A stretch of DNA of 63,938 nt, counting the filler, from Octopus bimaculoides (lineage: Eukaryota): the NCBI RefSeq assembly GCF_001194135.2. It is 4 parts of 3 records of this genome, joined end to end, with 100 filler letters (N's around TTAATTAATTAA, not from the genome) between each part and the next. Parts side by side here need not be neighbours in the genome. Positions count along the whole stretch, not along the records: positions 1 to 21,654 come from NC_068985.1; 3 more parts are not named here. One strand, 5' to 3'. Positions within the stretch are counted from its first letter, which is position 1, and every line of letters begins with the position of its first letter. Positions 1 through 12,429 of the stretch are shown in pieces. The notes below the pieces were generated by a model. It saw only the letters and a program-made list of their open reading frames with translations. It made no database searches and was not told where the DNA came from. A program made the translations under genes and the position numbers.

Positions 1-252
1 AAATCCAAAATTACAGGTAAAAACTCAATTAAAATCAATTTATTAAAAATTAAAATTAAATTAAGTTTCACAGTATTAAATATATATATATATATATACA
101 ATTAAACCTTGGGAGAGGCATTATGCCAGTAATAAACACATGCACTGGTTCAGTCCTTCATTAATTTATATAGTTTTAATTGTATTTCTTTCAACACACG
201 TATCCACATCAAGAATCTTGCACACGAAATACACATACGAAATATATATATA

Positions 253-420
253 TAGTTTTAGGGAAAAGAACCAAGGTTCATGAACTCTATTATCTTTATC
301 TTATGATTTTTACTTTGCATTATATTATACTTATTTATTGTGCTTTTATTAATTTTTCTATATGTGACAGTGGATTTTCATCAATGAGTTCATGAACCTT
401 GGTCTTTTTCCCTAAAACCA
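253..420. mobile_element. Small MITE with ~35-bp TIRs within (TA)n
   Basis: GTTTTAGGGAAAAGAACCAAGGTTCATGAACTC versus GAGTTCATGAACCTTGGTCTTTTTCCCTAAAAC, with TA repeats on both sides. Confidence 0.75.
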
Positions 421-1178
421 TATATATATATATATACACACATACACATTCAAGTATAAATAAGTATGTATGCTTGGATATATAATGTGTATTGATGTGT
501 GTGAGTATACACAACTAGTGTTGAGAGTCAGATTAGTAGACAGCACACTATGTTTCCTCTCAGGTATCTCACTGATTCTATGTATATTCAATTTTTCTTT
601 TGACTCAAACTGCTGACCTACACAGAAGAGTTGTGTTCAGTCACAAGGGTTGAGTTCTGATGTCACTAACCAATGCCCCCCTCCCATCCACAGCTTCCTT
701 TACAATAGATAATAATTATACTTTGTTATTTGCTGCTGCTGCTACTCCTACTACTACTAATACTACTCCAGCTTGTTTCCTACTCCTACAAATTTGTAAT
801 CTTGTACCAAACTTTTAAATCCTTCTCTACATCGTCATCTCTAGAATCGCCATCACCACCCTTAACACTACCAACATTACCACCACCACCACCACCACCA
901 CCACCACCACCACTGGCTATAAGGAATTTGTTCATCCTATTGTATGGCGTACGTATGTGTAGGTGTTTATACGTATTAGTTAATTTATGTACCTGAGTGT
1001 GTATGTGTCTGTGTATGCGGGACATTGCAGCTGCATATTTTTGTTTGTGTCTTTATGTGGGTGTATTCTGATTGTGTGTGTGTGTGTGTGTATGTGTGTG
1101 TTTGTGTGCATATGTATAGTTTAAATGTGCATGTATGAGTGTTCATCTGTGTGTTTTATGCATGAATGTGTACTTGAA

Positions 1179-1209
<31 letters not shown>

Positions 1210-1300
1210 ATGCATATACATACATACATACATACATATATAATTGTTAAAGAGGACAACAAATGTTAAGGCAAGGCAAACATCTCAAGTCATATACATT

Positions 1301-1341
1301 TCGTTAAGAAAATACTGGTGCCCCCGTTTTGAACAAGATCC
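1301..1341 (-). mobile_element. Solo terminus of the same Merlin-like family
   Basis: Exact reverse complement of 17673-17713, flanked by ATACATT on both sides. Confidence 0.65.
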
Positions 1342-2857
1342 ATACATTCATGTATACAAGATATATAAACTCTCTTTAATTTTTATGTCCTCTGGATTGT
1401 ACTGTGACCAGGGAATATACACAACAATGCATTTACTATTCATCAGGCAAGTGTACTGCAAAATGATTTACTGTTGAGATTTTCCATGGATTTTCTACTT
1501 AGAAAGCTGCCAAACTTTTGTACGAGAAGAGATGTATCTAGGGGAGAAGAAGGGGTGTTTGATCTTAACATTATAATTTTATGACACAGCTTCACCATTT
1601 GTATTAGCAGTATTTCTTACCTCTACAGAAGTAAAGTCATAACCATCATACGTGTACTCACGGGTGCATTTTATATTCTGACAGAGGAACAGAGTATGTG
1701 CCATATACTTTGTCAAAAGATACTCACTGAAAACCACAACATACCTGTCAAATATCCAGTGGCTCTCAACTTCAACTTCAACATTATTTTGTGTATGGTA
1801 AGCTGGGAATAAAGCTGGAAGTCCATCAATATTTTTAGAACTTTTTTCTCTGAAGCTCTTTGGAAAGTTATTTTGGTAATAACAGTTTCTTTTCAAGTAG
1901 AACTTTGGTCTTAAACACAAGAATTGTGAATCATTAAATTGTTGCAGTTCTAAGTATTCTTGCAAGAAAACTCCCACATTTTTTGTCTCCTTAGTCGTAT
2001 TTCCTGATAAATATTTCTTATTTGTTTCAAATGTCTTCTTATTTGATCTTTCTGAGCATGTTATGTTGTTTCCCCATTTCCTCATTTACAACATCACCTT
2101 GTTGAGCTGTTTCTCTATTTCCCTGGTCTAATTTCATCTTGTTGCTTGGCTCTCAACCACTGCATCTTTTCTGTGCCTCTAAGCCTGATCCAGCTGACTT
2201 CATCTGTTTTCTTTTCTCATTACACTTTCCTACTGCAAAACCTTTGACGTCGAATTTTAAAATTGAATGCAAGGATATTTGATATTTGACAGATCAATCT
2301 ATGAAATAAAAATAACAAAGTAACATCATTCAAATTATATCTTTTATTTTTTTGCTTGTTTCAGTCATTGGACTGCAGCCATGCTGGGGCACTGCCTTGA
2401 AAGATTTTAGTCAAACAAATCAACTAGTACTTATGGTTTTTAAGCTTCTTACTTATTCTGTGTCAGCATCTTTTGCTGAACCTCTAAGTTACAGGGATGT
2501 AAACACACCAATACCAGTTGTCAAGTGGAGCAGGGGTAGAAACAGACACAAACAAAAACACACATATANNNNNNNNNNNNNNNNNNNNNNNNNNNNNNNN
2601 NNNNNNNNNNNNNNNNNNNNNNNNNNNNNNNNNNNNNNNNNNNNNNNNNNNNNNNNNNNNNNNNNNNNTTTGTCTCCTTAGTCGTATTTCCTGATAAATA
2701 TTTCTTATTTGTTTCAAAACTCTTCTCATTTGATCTTTCTGAGCATGTTATGTTGTTTACCCTCTTCCTCATTTACAACATCACCTTGTTATAGGGATGT
2801 AAACACACCAATACCAGTTGTCAAGTGGAGCGGGGGTAGAAACAGACACAAACAAAA

Positions 2858-2899
<42 letters not shown>

Positions 2900-4169
2900 A
2901 GCTTGTTTCACTCAAGCAAGTCCGCTCACAAGGCCTGAGAGAATAGTAAAAGACAGCCCAAGATCCTATGCAGTGGGACTGAACCAGCACCAGGTGGTTA
3001 CGAAGCAAACTTCTTACCACACAGCCACAGCTGCACCTTATAATATAAACCTAACGGTCACTTTTTGAATGTTGAACTTTATGGAGAGAATGTCCAGATT
3101 CAGTTTTCTACATTAAATCACTGAGAATTTTTAAAAATATGAGGTTAGTCCAACAATACAAACCAAAAAATTAACTTTTTTCCCTCACTTCCTTACTGTT
3201 ACTAACCCTAACCTATCGTCTCTAACCAACATACCAACCATTACTATGACAAAAAACTACTCTAGTTCTCAGTAAATGTGTGTGTGTGGTAATTCACAAA
3301 CATTTTTCTCTTCTCTAACCACCACCACTAACATTCCCCTCCCCCACTCTCCCTCTCTGTGGCTGCCATTCTTCTCAGCATAACAAGTCTGCTTTCAACT
3401 GAAAGAATGATCAGAATCTTTGTAAGAAAATACTAACATGTTAATATTATGATATAAACAGATAAGAAAGTAATGTAGCTGAAATACACCCGGATGGCTT
3501 GGCTTCGCTTCACCCTTCCCAACAAAACTTCTGCATGCAAGAATGTGCAACTTCATTCAAAATTAGAGAGAAATATATGTGTTTTACCAGTAAATGTTTA
3601 ACTGGACACTGTGCCATGGAAGTTCAAGGATCCCAATAGCAAGATAACTACAAAAATAAAATATACATTACATATCCAAAAAATTTACATTGGTTAACAA
3701 ATCAATTTATGAACGTGACAGAAAGAATGAAATTTTTGAAGGCTACAGTGGGTTTGGTGAAGCACATTTTGAATTTTTCAGAGGACATGAAGAAATAATT
3801 GTAAAAGAAAGATCTGTCAAAAAGACAAACAACTCTATCGTGTTTTCTTGGATTCAGAAGTCTTTTGTCCAAGAATTCATGAACTGGGTAAGTGTTTCAG
3901 ACCATGTGCAAGGGAGTTGAAACTGGGCAGCAACATGTCTTATAATGAACATAAGTAGGTATTTTCTAAGGTTCAGTCTCCACTATCTTTTCCTTTTCCT
4001 AGTTCCCAATCAATATGCACACAATATGTGTTTGTGTGTGGTGGGGGGATTATATATTCCCTTAACCTGGCAAGTTACAAGACAAACCATCAGTAGTGTT
4101 GGTGCCAAGAAGAAAGCACTCAGTAAATTCTGTAAAGTGTTTGGCATTAAGAAGGACAGCAGACACTAG

Positions 4170-4918
4170 AATCGTCATCAAAGTAGACATTGGTGCAGTC
4201 CTCCAACTTGTCACATCTTGTCAAACCATTCAATCTGTGCAAGCGATTGTATGATGCACGTATACAGACAGCAATTCTACATGGTTTTGAGGTGTGGGTT
4301 TTGGATGCAGAGGACATGCAAAGGTTAGAGGGGAACGAGGCTATTATGCTTTGCTGGATGTGTAATGTAAGTGCCCATGTTTGACAGATTGCTAGTGTAT
4401 TGAGAGAGAAGTTAGGCATAAGAGGAATTAGATGCAGTGTGCAAAAGAGAAGGCTGCACTGGTTTAGTCATGGATGCCGACAGCTCCATAAACAAGTGGA
4501 TGGAAAAGGGAGGCAGAGGAAGACAAGGGATGAAGTACTGAAGGACGGCCTCAAGAAGCTGCACCTTTCAGTTGAGATGACAAAGGACTGAGATACATGG
4601 CACCTTGCTGCTGTACTCAAGAAGACTCACACTCCATAGCAGAAGTGGTAAGGTCACTCCCACATGTGAAAAGGATTGGCCTGCAAGAGTTGTGTGCTGG
4701 CCCAACATAAAAGGCACTCATGCCAGTGCTACATAAGAGCACTTGTGTGTGGTTTATGCAAAAGCACCCAGCACACACACACTATGGAAAGTGGTTAGCA
4801 TTAGGAAAGACATCAAGCTATAGAAACCATGTCAAATCAAACTGGAGCCTGGTGCAGCTCTAATTAAACTGTCCATCCAATGGAAAAGAGACGGATTATG
4901 ATGGTGATGGTGGTGGTG
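4170..4918 (+). mobile_element. Older RTE LINE 3' fragment
   Basis: LYDARIQTAILHGFEVW..MLCWMCNV; LGIRGIRCSVQKRRLHWFSH; decayed 3' UTR and tail. Confidence 0.85.
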
Positions 4919-5422
4919 TATATGTCTTTTTTACCTGTTTTAGTTATTAGACAGTGGCCATGCTGGGGCAGTGCCTTTGGTGAATTCTAGTCAGACTAAT
5001 TGATCTCAGGACTTATTTTCTTTCAAGCCTGGGACTTATTCTAACAGTGTCTTTTGCTAAATCACAGAGACATAAGCAACATCATTTGTCAAACAGTGAT
5101 GATGGACACACACACACATATACACTGAACTGTCCTCTCGTTAGACGACATGAGCGTTTGACAATTTCTTACTGAACAAACACAGATGATTTGTTTCTAG
5201 TGTTTAAATGTTTGTGTGGACATAAGCTCACTCCATCAAATCGACATTACTTGATGACACTGGATGACACAAGTCAGATGTGAAAATGATTACAGAGCAA
5301 TGCGAAATGAAGTGCTTTCCTCAAGAACACAACGCCACACTCGGTGTGGGAATCAAACCCACAATCTCACAATTGTGAGTGCAACATCCTAACCACTAAC
5401 CCATGCGCCTACATACACACAC

Positions 5423-5481
<59 letters not shown>

Positions 5482-5513
5482 NNNNNNNNNNNNNNNNNNN
5501 NNNNNNNNNNNNN

Positions 5514-5556
<43 letters not shown>

Positions 5557-7654
5557 TAAACAATATATGAGTATATGCATATATATGTACATACCTTCAT
5601 CTACATGTACATATAGATACATATCTGGGTACATGACGTTACAAAAAAACATAGACAAAATGATAAACAAGGTACAAAAAACAAGCAGGCCACATAGAGA
5701 ACATATCCTTCATCAGCTGCCACCATTAAAACACTGGTGCTCTGGCAGTGATCCCGCTCGGACGGTGCTGTCAGCACTCCACTGGCACGAGTGCCTTGAT
5801 CCTAAAATATATATTCGTTAGCTCCTTTGCAGCCTTTCTTTAAATAAAAATTTGGTGGGGGGAGGGGGGGATAAAACAGACAAATTTCAATCATTATATG
5901 AAGAAGACATTATGAATAACAAGTAACAGCTATTATAATTAGCTTTGCTGTGAAAGAAAACAAAAACAACAGCTAATATATTAGTTTCAAATTTTGGCAT
6001 GAGGCAGCAATTTTGTGGGAGGGAACTACTGAATTACATCAACCCCAGGGCTCAAGTGGTACTAGCTTTATCAGCCCCAAAACTGAAAGGCAAAGTCAAT
6101 TTCAGGAATTTGAGCTAAAAACAAAATGCAATTTTGTCCAGTGTGCTAATGATTACAACAGTTAATATAATGGTTTAAGTTCTATAGTTTATCATCATTT
6201 TCACATTTAACATCCAGCAAGATGTCAGGTAATTGAAAATGGAGGAATAATTGTCAAAATCAATATCTTTTGACTAAATGCTAGGTTAATATTAATCTAA
6301 TCATAATCTTAGAATGAATTGTTTAAAACGTTTAGTCAACTTATGATTTGTGTGGAATCCACATCTCTATACGTAAATGCAGAAACAATATGAATTCATG
6401 TAGACATCACTCTGCGGTTTGACTTTGTAGATAAGAAACTCATTTAGCAATCCAATGACTCCAAGTTTAGTTTCACTGAATAGCATTTTGAGCAAGTGTC
6501 CTCTACAACATTCAGTTAAACCAGGCCTTATGATTGAAACTGGGTAGCTGGGAACTGTGTTTGGCCCACTGGATAGGTTGTTCCTGTTCTTGGGTGGTCT
6601 CTTCATCTACCATCATCATCATCTGCCAGGGAAATCCATTTTGACTATGCTTTAGGTTGCACAGCTGTCCTCCCTCCAGTGACTTATATCTTATCTAATA
6701 TTTATCTATTCCTGTCATTCATCTCCTGCTCTGATAATAAGGTATAACATATAAATAAATTATTGGTATTTCCTTTTATGTTTTGTATAAAGAATAAACC
6801 TAGAATGCAATTATTGATTAAGAGGTTTGATGCCTGTCTCATAAAATGAAAAAAAAAAAAAAGGTATTAAAAATAACTAAGAGTAATATCAACCAAAATA
6901 TTAACAAATATATGTAAGAATAAAGAATTGATATGGAATGACTGAACGCATTGATTCCAAAGTTTAGCACAAGGCCAGTAAGTTCAGGGGAGGAGTAAGT
7001 TGATTACACCACCCCCAGTGTTTAACTGGTACTTACTTTATCACCCGCCAAAGAATGAAAGGCAAAGTCAGTCTCAGCAGAATTTGAAATCAGAATTTAA
7101 AAACAGGCATTTTGCCCAACATGCTAACAATTCTGCCAGCTCGCCACCTGACTGAACGTATTGGTTTGCATGTATGCACAAACACCAACTCTTACAACAA
7201 TTATAGACATTGAATAAACATTTTTCTGAAAATGAAATAAAAAGCAATCTAAGTTTCAAATCAACATTAAATAAATAAATAAATAAATAAATGCAAGAAA
7301 GAATTGCAGTGCAACTGAAATTATTCAACTTCAATTTCATAGAAAGCCTTGAATGAATTCAAGCAACTGATACATCAAATTGCGTTCAATAATTATGATT
7401 TAACAACACACAGTTCAGGGTGAATTAATATCATAACTCTTTCATGTCATTAAGTGTCTGAGAAACTTAATTTTACAAGGGAAAATTAAATAAGTTATAC
7501 CTTCAGGCAGATGACAAAAGGTTAAACATATTTGAGTTTTTTCAAGGTTATTTTGTCTCTCTTCAGTCCCCGACCCCCTCATCATTATAGAAAGGTTCTG
7601 ACAATAATTAAATAGTTTGTGTTTGTCTTTTTTAATGCATAAATAAAATCAATT

Positions 7655-8056
7655 TTACTCTGATTTTATTGTTTTGTGAGTCACAGAATATTCATGATCA
7701 GTATAATTTTTTTTCTCTGGACAATTGAGATCGATATTGCAATGACCTTCTTCCATTGAACTATTGTGTCCTACAAACAAGTCCCGTAAGAAACTCAGTT
7801 CTTTATTAAGAGTCTGTATTTTTTGTTGCAGATCTTGGTTTTCTTTGCGCAATCGTGTCACTCTATCAATAGTTTCTTTTGCCTTCATACGATTTTTGCT
7901 GCGACATTTGCGTACTGCAATATTGTTACGTAAGCGTCGTTTCTTGTAAATATCACCAGATTTTTCTTCCTGTATTGAACTTGTGATATCGGCATCTCCA
8001 TTGCCATTCTTCAAATCCTCCATCGAATTATCCATCACAGTTTGTTTTTTAGGCAT
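7655..8056 (-). CDS. CEBPG: CCAAT/enhancer-binding protein gamma-like bZIP transcription factor, 133 aa, single coding exon
   Basis: YKKRRLRNNIAVRKCRSKNRMKAKETIDRVTRLRKENQDLQQKIQTLNKELSFLRDLF matches the C/EBP-gamma bZIP (human EYRQRRERNNMAVKKSRLKSKQKAQDTLQRVNQLKEENERLEAKIKLLTKELSVLKDLF). Short N-terminus with no activation domain, AAAAATG start context, and a TTTTTCAG acceptor 32 nt upstream (exon starts 8088). Confidence 0.92.
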   Translation of the reverse strand: MPKKQTVMDNSMEDLKNGNGDADITSSIQEEKSGDIYKKRRLRNNIAVRKCRSKNRMKAKETIDRVTRLRKENQDLQQKIQTLNKELSFLRDLFVGHNSSMEEGHCNIDLNCPEKKNYTDHEYSVTHKTIKSE

Positions 8057-8416
8057 TTTTGGTGAAAAAGATTTGATACACTATTGCTCTGAAAAATAAG
8101 AAAAACTTTATCAAAAGTTTGGAATTCGAAGACTCAAGTAACTGAATTAAATAAAATATGCTCAAACCACCTTGTGCCCTGGAGAGTAGGCAAATAGAAA
8201 TACATCTTAATATTTTCGCATTCACAAAAATGACATTAACATTAACTACTATATAAAATTTGTGTCACATTTTTCTACTACATGCTGTTGGTGTGTATAA
8301 AATATTTAGTAAGTATTTAATGAAGCCACTGACTGATACACAATATGTCTAACTAATTAGCCTAGCCAATTTCAGCAGTGCTCCTGGTTTCTGTCTGATT
8401 TCAACAGCAAATACTA

Positions 8417-9653
8417 TCAGGTCTTTAAGAATGAAATGTCCGATTTTGAATTGGAAGTTTATTTTACTTTATCACAACAAAAAGCAATGCAGTTAATCAA
8501 AGTATGCACCTAAATTATCAACACAATTTTGCTGTTTTATCGGTATTTTATTCATGTGGGTAGTGAAGAATTCTGGAGAGCAAGAGGTGATGAAATCGCA
8601 AAAGGTTGTTTCTGCATCTTCTACACATTTAAAGATTTTTCCTTGTAAAAAGTTGTCTAATGCCTGGAAAACATGCTAGTCAGTTGGTGCAAGGTCTGTT
8701 GAATATGGTGGATAACAGAATATTTCCAAGTTCAATTCATGTAACTTGAGTAGTGTTCTTTGTGCAACATGTGGTCGAACATTGTCTTGCAAGAGAATTG
8801 GCCTGTCTCTATTGACCAATCTCAGTTGTTTAATTGCAAGTTCACTCATCATTTCATCCAGCTGGTTGATGTATACATCTGCTGTAATTGACTTACCAGG
8901 TCTCTTAAAGCTGTAGTGGATCACACCAGCACTGGACCACCAAACATATACCATTAACTTTTTTTAGTGAATATTCTTTTTTGGATTGTATTTTGGCACT
9001 TCGTCTCTATCCAACCACTGTACAGAACACTTGCTATTGTTGAAAAGAAGCCATTTTTCATCACACGTAAAAATATGATGCAAAAATGGTTTGCTTTTAT
9101 GATGTGACAGCAAAGAACAGCAAGTTTCAAGACAATGTGTCATTTGATGCTCGTTCAGTCTGTGTGGTATCCACTTGTCCAGCTTCTTTACCTTTGCTGA
9201 TTTGTTTCAGATGGTCCAATACAGTTGGACTCGAAACATCAAACCTTGCTGCTAACTCAAGCAGTTTACGGTTTCCAGCTCATCCTCCACGGGGCTGATT
9301 TTCAAGAGTAAAGTCACCAGACCAGAACTTCTCAAACCATCGACGTACAGTGCACTCATTTGCCACATCTTCACCAAACACTTCATTGATGTTTCAAGAT
9401 GTCTGAAATGCATTGGTTCCATGATGGAACTCATATTCATAAACAATAAAAAGTTTTGATCTATCCATGGGTTCACAAAAATTGATTTACAAGAGAAAAC
9501 TCACAATACAATCAGACACCATGAACTGCATTTTGAAAAGTGATGATGTAACTCTTCATTGTAAAACAAAAAATTGTCAGAATAAAACATTAGAGTTAAC
9601 AAGTGTTAAAATGGTGCATAATAAAATTGGACATTTCATTCTTAACAACCTGA
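8417..9653 (-). mobile_element. Decayed mariner (DD34D-type) transposon, 1237 bp, 31-bp TIRs, TA target duplication
   Basis: TIRs at 8417-8447 and 9623-9653 (28/31 complementary), with TA on both sides. The broken transposase (~9468-8493) includes TVRRWFEKF, TCDEKW, LLQDNVRPH, YSTDLAPTD and CVDNLGAYFD*, with several stops and frameshifts. Confidence 0.95.
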
Positions 9654-10478
9654 TATCAAGTTCTCTTTGTAGTCACAAGGGTAATGGGCACAGGGAAGAT
9701 AGTGCTACTTACTATCCGTACTACTATATTTGTAACTTCAAGAGAGTAGTCAGGATAGAGCTACTGCACAGGACACTTTGTAGGACAGGTTAATGCCTTG
9801 CTGTTTCGATAGTCAATCAAACTTTCAAACAACTTCAGCAGACTGTATGCAGAAAGCCACCTTTGTGTCCATGAAGCACTGTGATTATGATGGCCAAAGG
9901 TTCCTGCACTCCAGGTTTAGGTTGATACAAGACTTCAGCCTTTTTCCATATATAGTGATAAGCTGAAAGCAGTTACTACACTTTCAAAATGATGTGTAAT
10001 TTTCTGGGTATCTTCTAAGAAAAGAAATCACCAGTAAAAAAAAGTTTCCAAATGTATGTAAATAATGATGGAGCAAATATACAAACCTGCTTTATTCCCA
10101 GGGCAACTAAAAAGGCAGCTTGATGTCATTCGAAAAAGAGAATGTGACATACCTACATGATGGAACTGCCTGACAATTTCCTTATCTTTTGAGCAGGAAC
10201 CTTAAAATAATCCATCTCTTCTTACTGTTGAAAGCCTTCATAATTGATGAATATGAAAAGTAAATGCAAGGCTTACTATTTGATAGTCTTTATCTGCACA
10301 TAATCTTGGGCATACCCATGACCACTGTACTTAAGTTACAAGTATGTATTCTCTGGCTAGCAGCTTCTAGCTTTTCAAGCCTGCCACCTTCATAATACTA
10401 CCTTTATTAGTAGTGGAGGTGTCTTACTTAATTTGGACCTTCATTCGTTGATCCTGTGGAACATCAAACATTTAACAG

Positions 10479-10515
<37 letters not shown>

Positions 10516-10554
10516 AGAAGTATGGTTTATCTGAAGGTTTACCTTTATCCATCT

Positions 10555-11940
10555 TGTTGCAGAGCATCATTATCAAGTATGTATCCAGTGTAAGCTATGG
10601 ATACATAAGAGGTGCAGCAATATTAAAGGAAGGCTAACTGGGAAGATAGTTTTTGTATGTGGCAAATGCTCAGGAGCAATAAACACTGAAAATGTGCAGA
10701 GAACAGCTTCTGTCATATTCCAGGGAGAAAAAACTACAAGTAGTTGATAGCTTTCGTTATGTAGGCAACCAAGTCAGTAGTGGGGGTGGATGCCCTGAAA
10801 GTGTAGATGCTAGAATAAGAATAGCCTGGACAAAGTTCAGAGAGCTCCTACCTCTGCTGGTGACAAAGGACCTCTTTCTCAAAGTAAAAGGTAGAATGTA
10901 TGATGCATGTGTATGAACAGCCATGCTACATGGCAGTGAAACATGAGCTGTGACTGCTGAGGATATGCGTAAGCTTGTAATGAAGGAAGCCAGTATGCTC
11001 CGCTGGATGTGTAATGTCAATGTGCATACACGACAGAGCGTAAGTGCCCTGAGAGAAAATTTAGACTTAAGAAGCATCAGATGTGGTGTGCAAGAGAGAC
11101 GACCGCGCTGGTATGGTCATGTATTGCGAATGAATGAGGGCAACTGTGTGAAAAAGTATCACACCCCAGCAGTAGAGGGAACCTGTGGAAGAGGTAGACC
11201 CAGGAAGACTTGGGATGAGGTGTTGAAGCATGACCTAGGAACAGTGGGCCTCACCGAAGCAATGACTAGTGAGCGAGACCTTTTGAGATATGCTGTGCTT
11301 GAGAAGACCTGGCAAGCCAAGTGAGACCATAACCTGTGGCCTAAGCCAGTGGTGTATAACCAGCTCACTTACGAGTACCATTCATTCATTGGACAATAAA
11401 CTTTGCTTGCGAAGACCTGTTGAGGCAATTGAAATCAAAATGAAAATCACTGATGTGGCCGACTACAGTAGCACCTGATTGGTACTCGTGCCAGTGGAAC
11501 ATTAAAAGCACCATCCGAGCATGATCATTGCCAGGGCCACTGACTGGCTCACGTGCTGGTGGCACGTCAAAAGCACCATTTGAGCGTGAGTGTTGCCAGC
11601 ATCGCCTTACTGGCACATGAAAAACAACATTCAAGCGTGATCATTGCCAGTGCCACCAGACTGGCTCCCGTGCAGGTGGCACAGAAAAAACACATTTTGA
11701 GCCAGTACCACTTGGCTGTGCCAGTACCATCTCACTGGCCCTCATGCCGGTGGCACGCAAAAGCACCCACTACACTCTCAGAGTGGTTGGCGTTAGGAAG
11801 GGCATCCAACTGTAGAAACTTTGCCAGATCAAATTGGAGTCTGGTACAGCCTTATGGCTCACCACTCCTCAGTGAAACTGTCCAACCCATGCCAGCATGG
11901 AAAGCGGATGTTAAACAATGATGATAATGATGATGATGTA
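10555..11940 (+). mobile_element. 5'-truncated RTE-clade LINE (RT C-terminus, long 3' UTR, (ATG)n tail)
   Basis: VDSFRYVG..ARIRIAWTKFREL..YDACV*TAMLHGSET..RWYGHVLRM..GRGRPRKTW; in-frame stops; ends TAAACAATGATGATAATGATG. Confidence 0.92.
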
Positions 11941-12429
11941 GAGTTTGTAATAGTTATTACACTTCCAACTGTTGGAGTCACAGCATCCTGGTGAATATTG
12001 CTACTGTTAGTTGATGAATTTATTAGCTACAAAACAAATTTCTATATCTAAAGACTTTTACCTTAGCTGCCAATTGTGGCTAGCTTTTTAATAGTACAGT
12101 TCGTATCTTAAGATCATGCTGTTTACATTTAAAACTTGGCTATATACAATGGACCAGTCAGGTATTAAACACACGTCCAGTTTCAGAGGCCCCATAAAGT
12201 ATCATAGACACTACCTTTCCTCCTGATGAAAAATATAAAAAATATTACCAAGAGTTAAAGAAGTAATTATATAATAAATGTCTTACATCAAATTCTAATT
12301 TATTAATTGAAGCCAAAGCAATATTATGATGAAATTAAAAATAAGAAAATCACTAAGTATGTGACCAGATGAATCCAAAAATTTACTATGACACGAAGCA
12401 GAATTCAAGGCAGACAGAGGAACAATAAA

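Noticed and set aside
730-1025. Poly-Leu/poly-Pro and poly-Gly ORFs
   Set aside because: Translations of (CTA)n and (CCA)n microsatellites with no domain or splice support.
3690-3920. 76-aa plus-strand ORF ending near a GTAAGT donor
   Set aside because: No recognisable homology or partner exons.
11450-11770. HDV-like, pistol or twister ribozyme in the LINE 3' UTR
   Set aside because: No P3/L3 or catalytic-C context and no pistol or twister core; kept only as a pseudoknot-like repeat.
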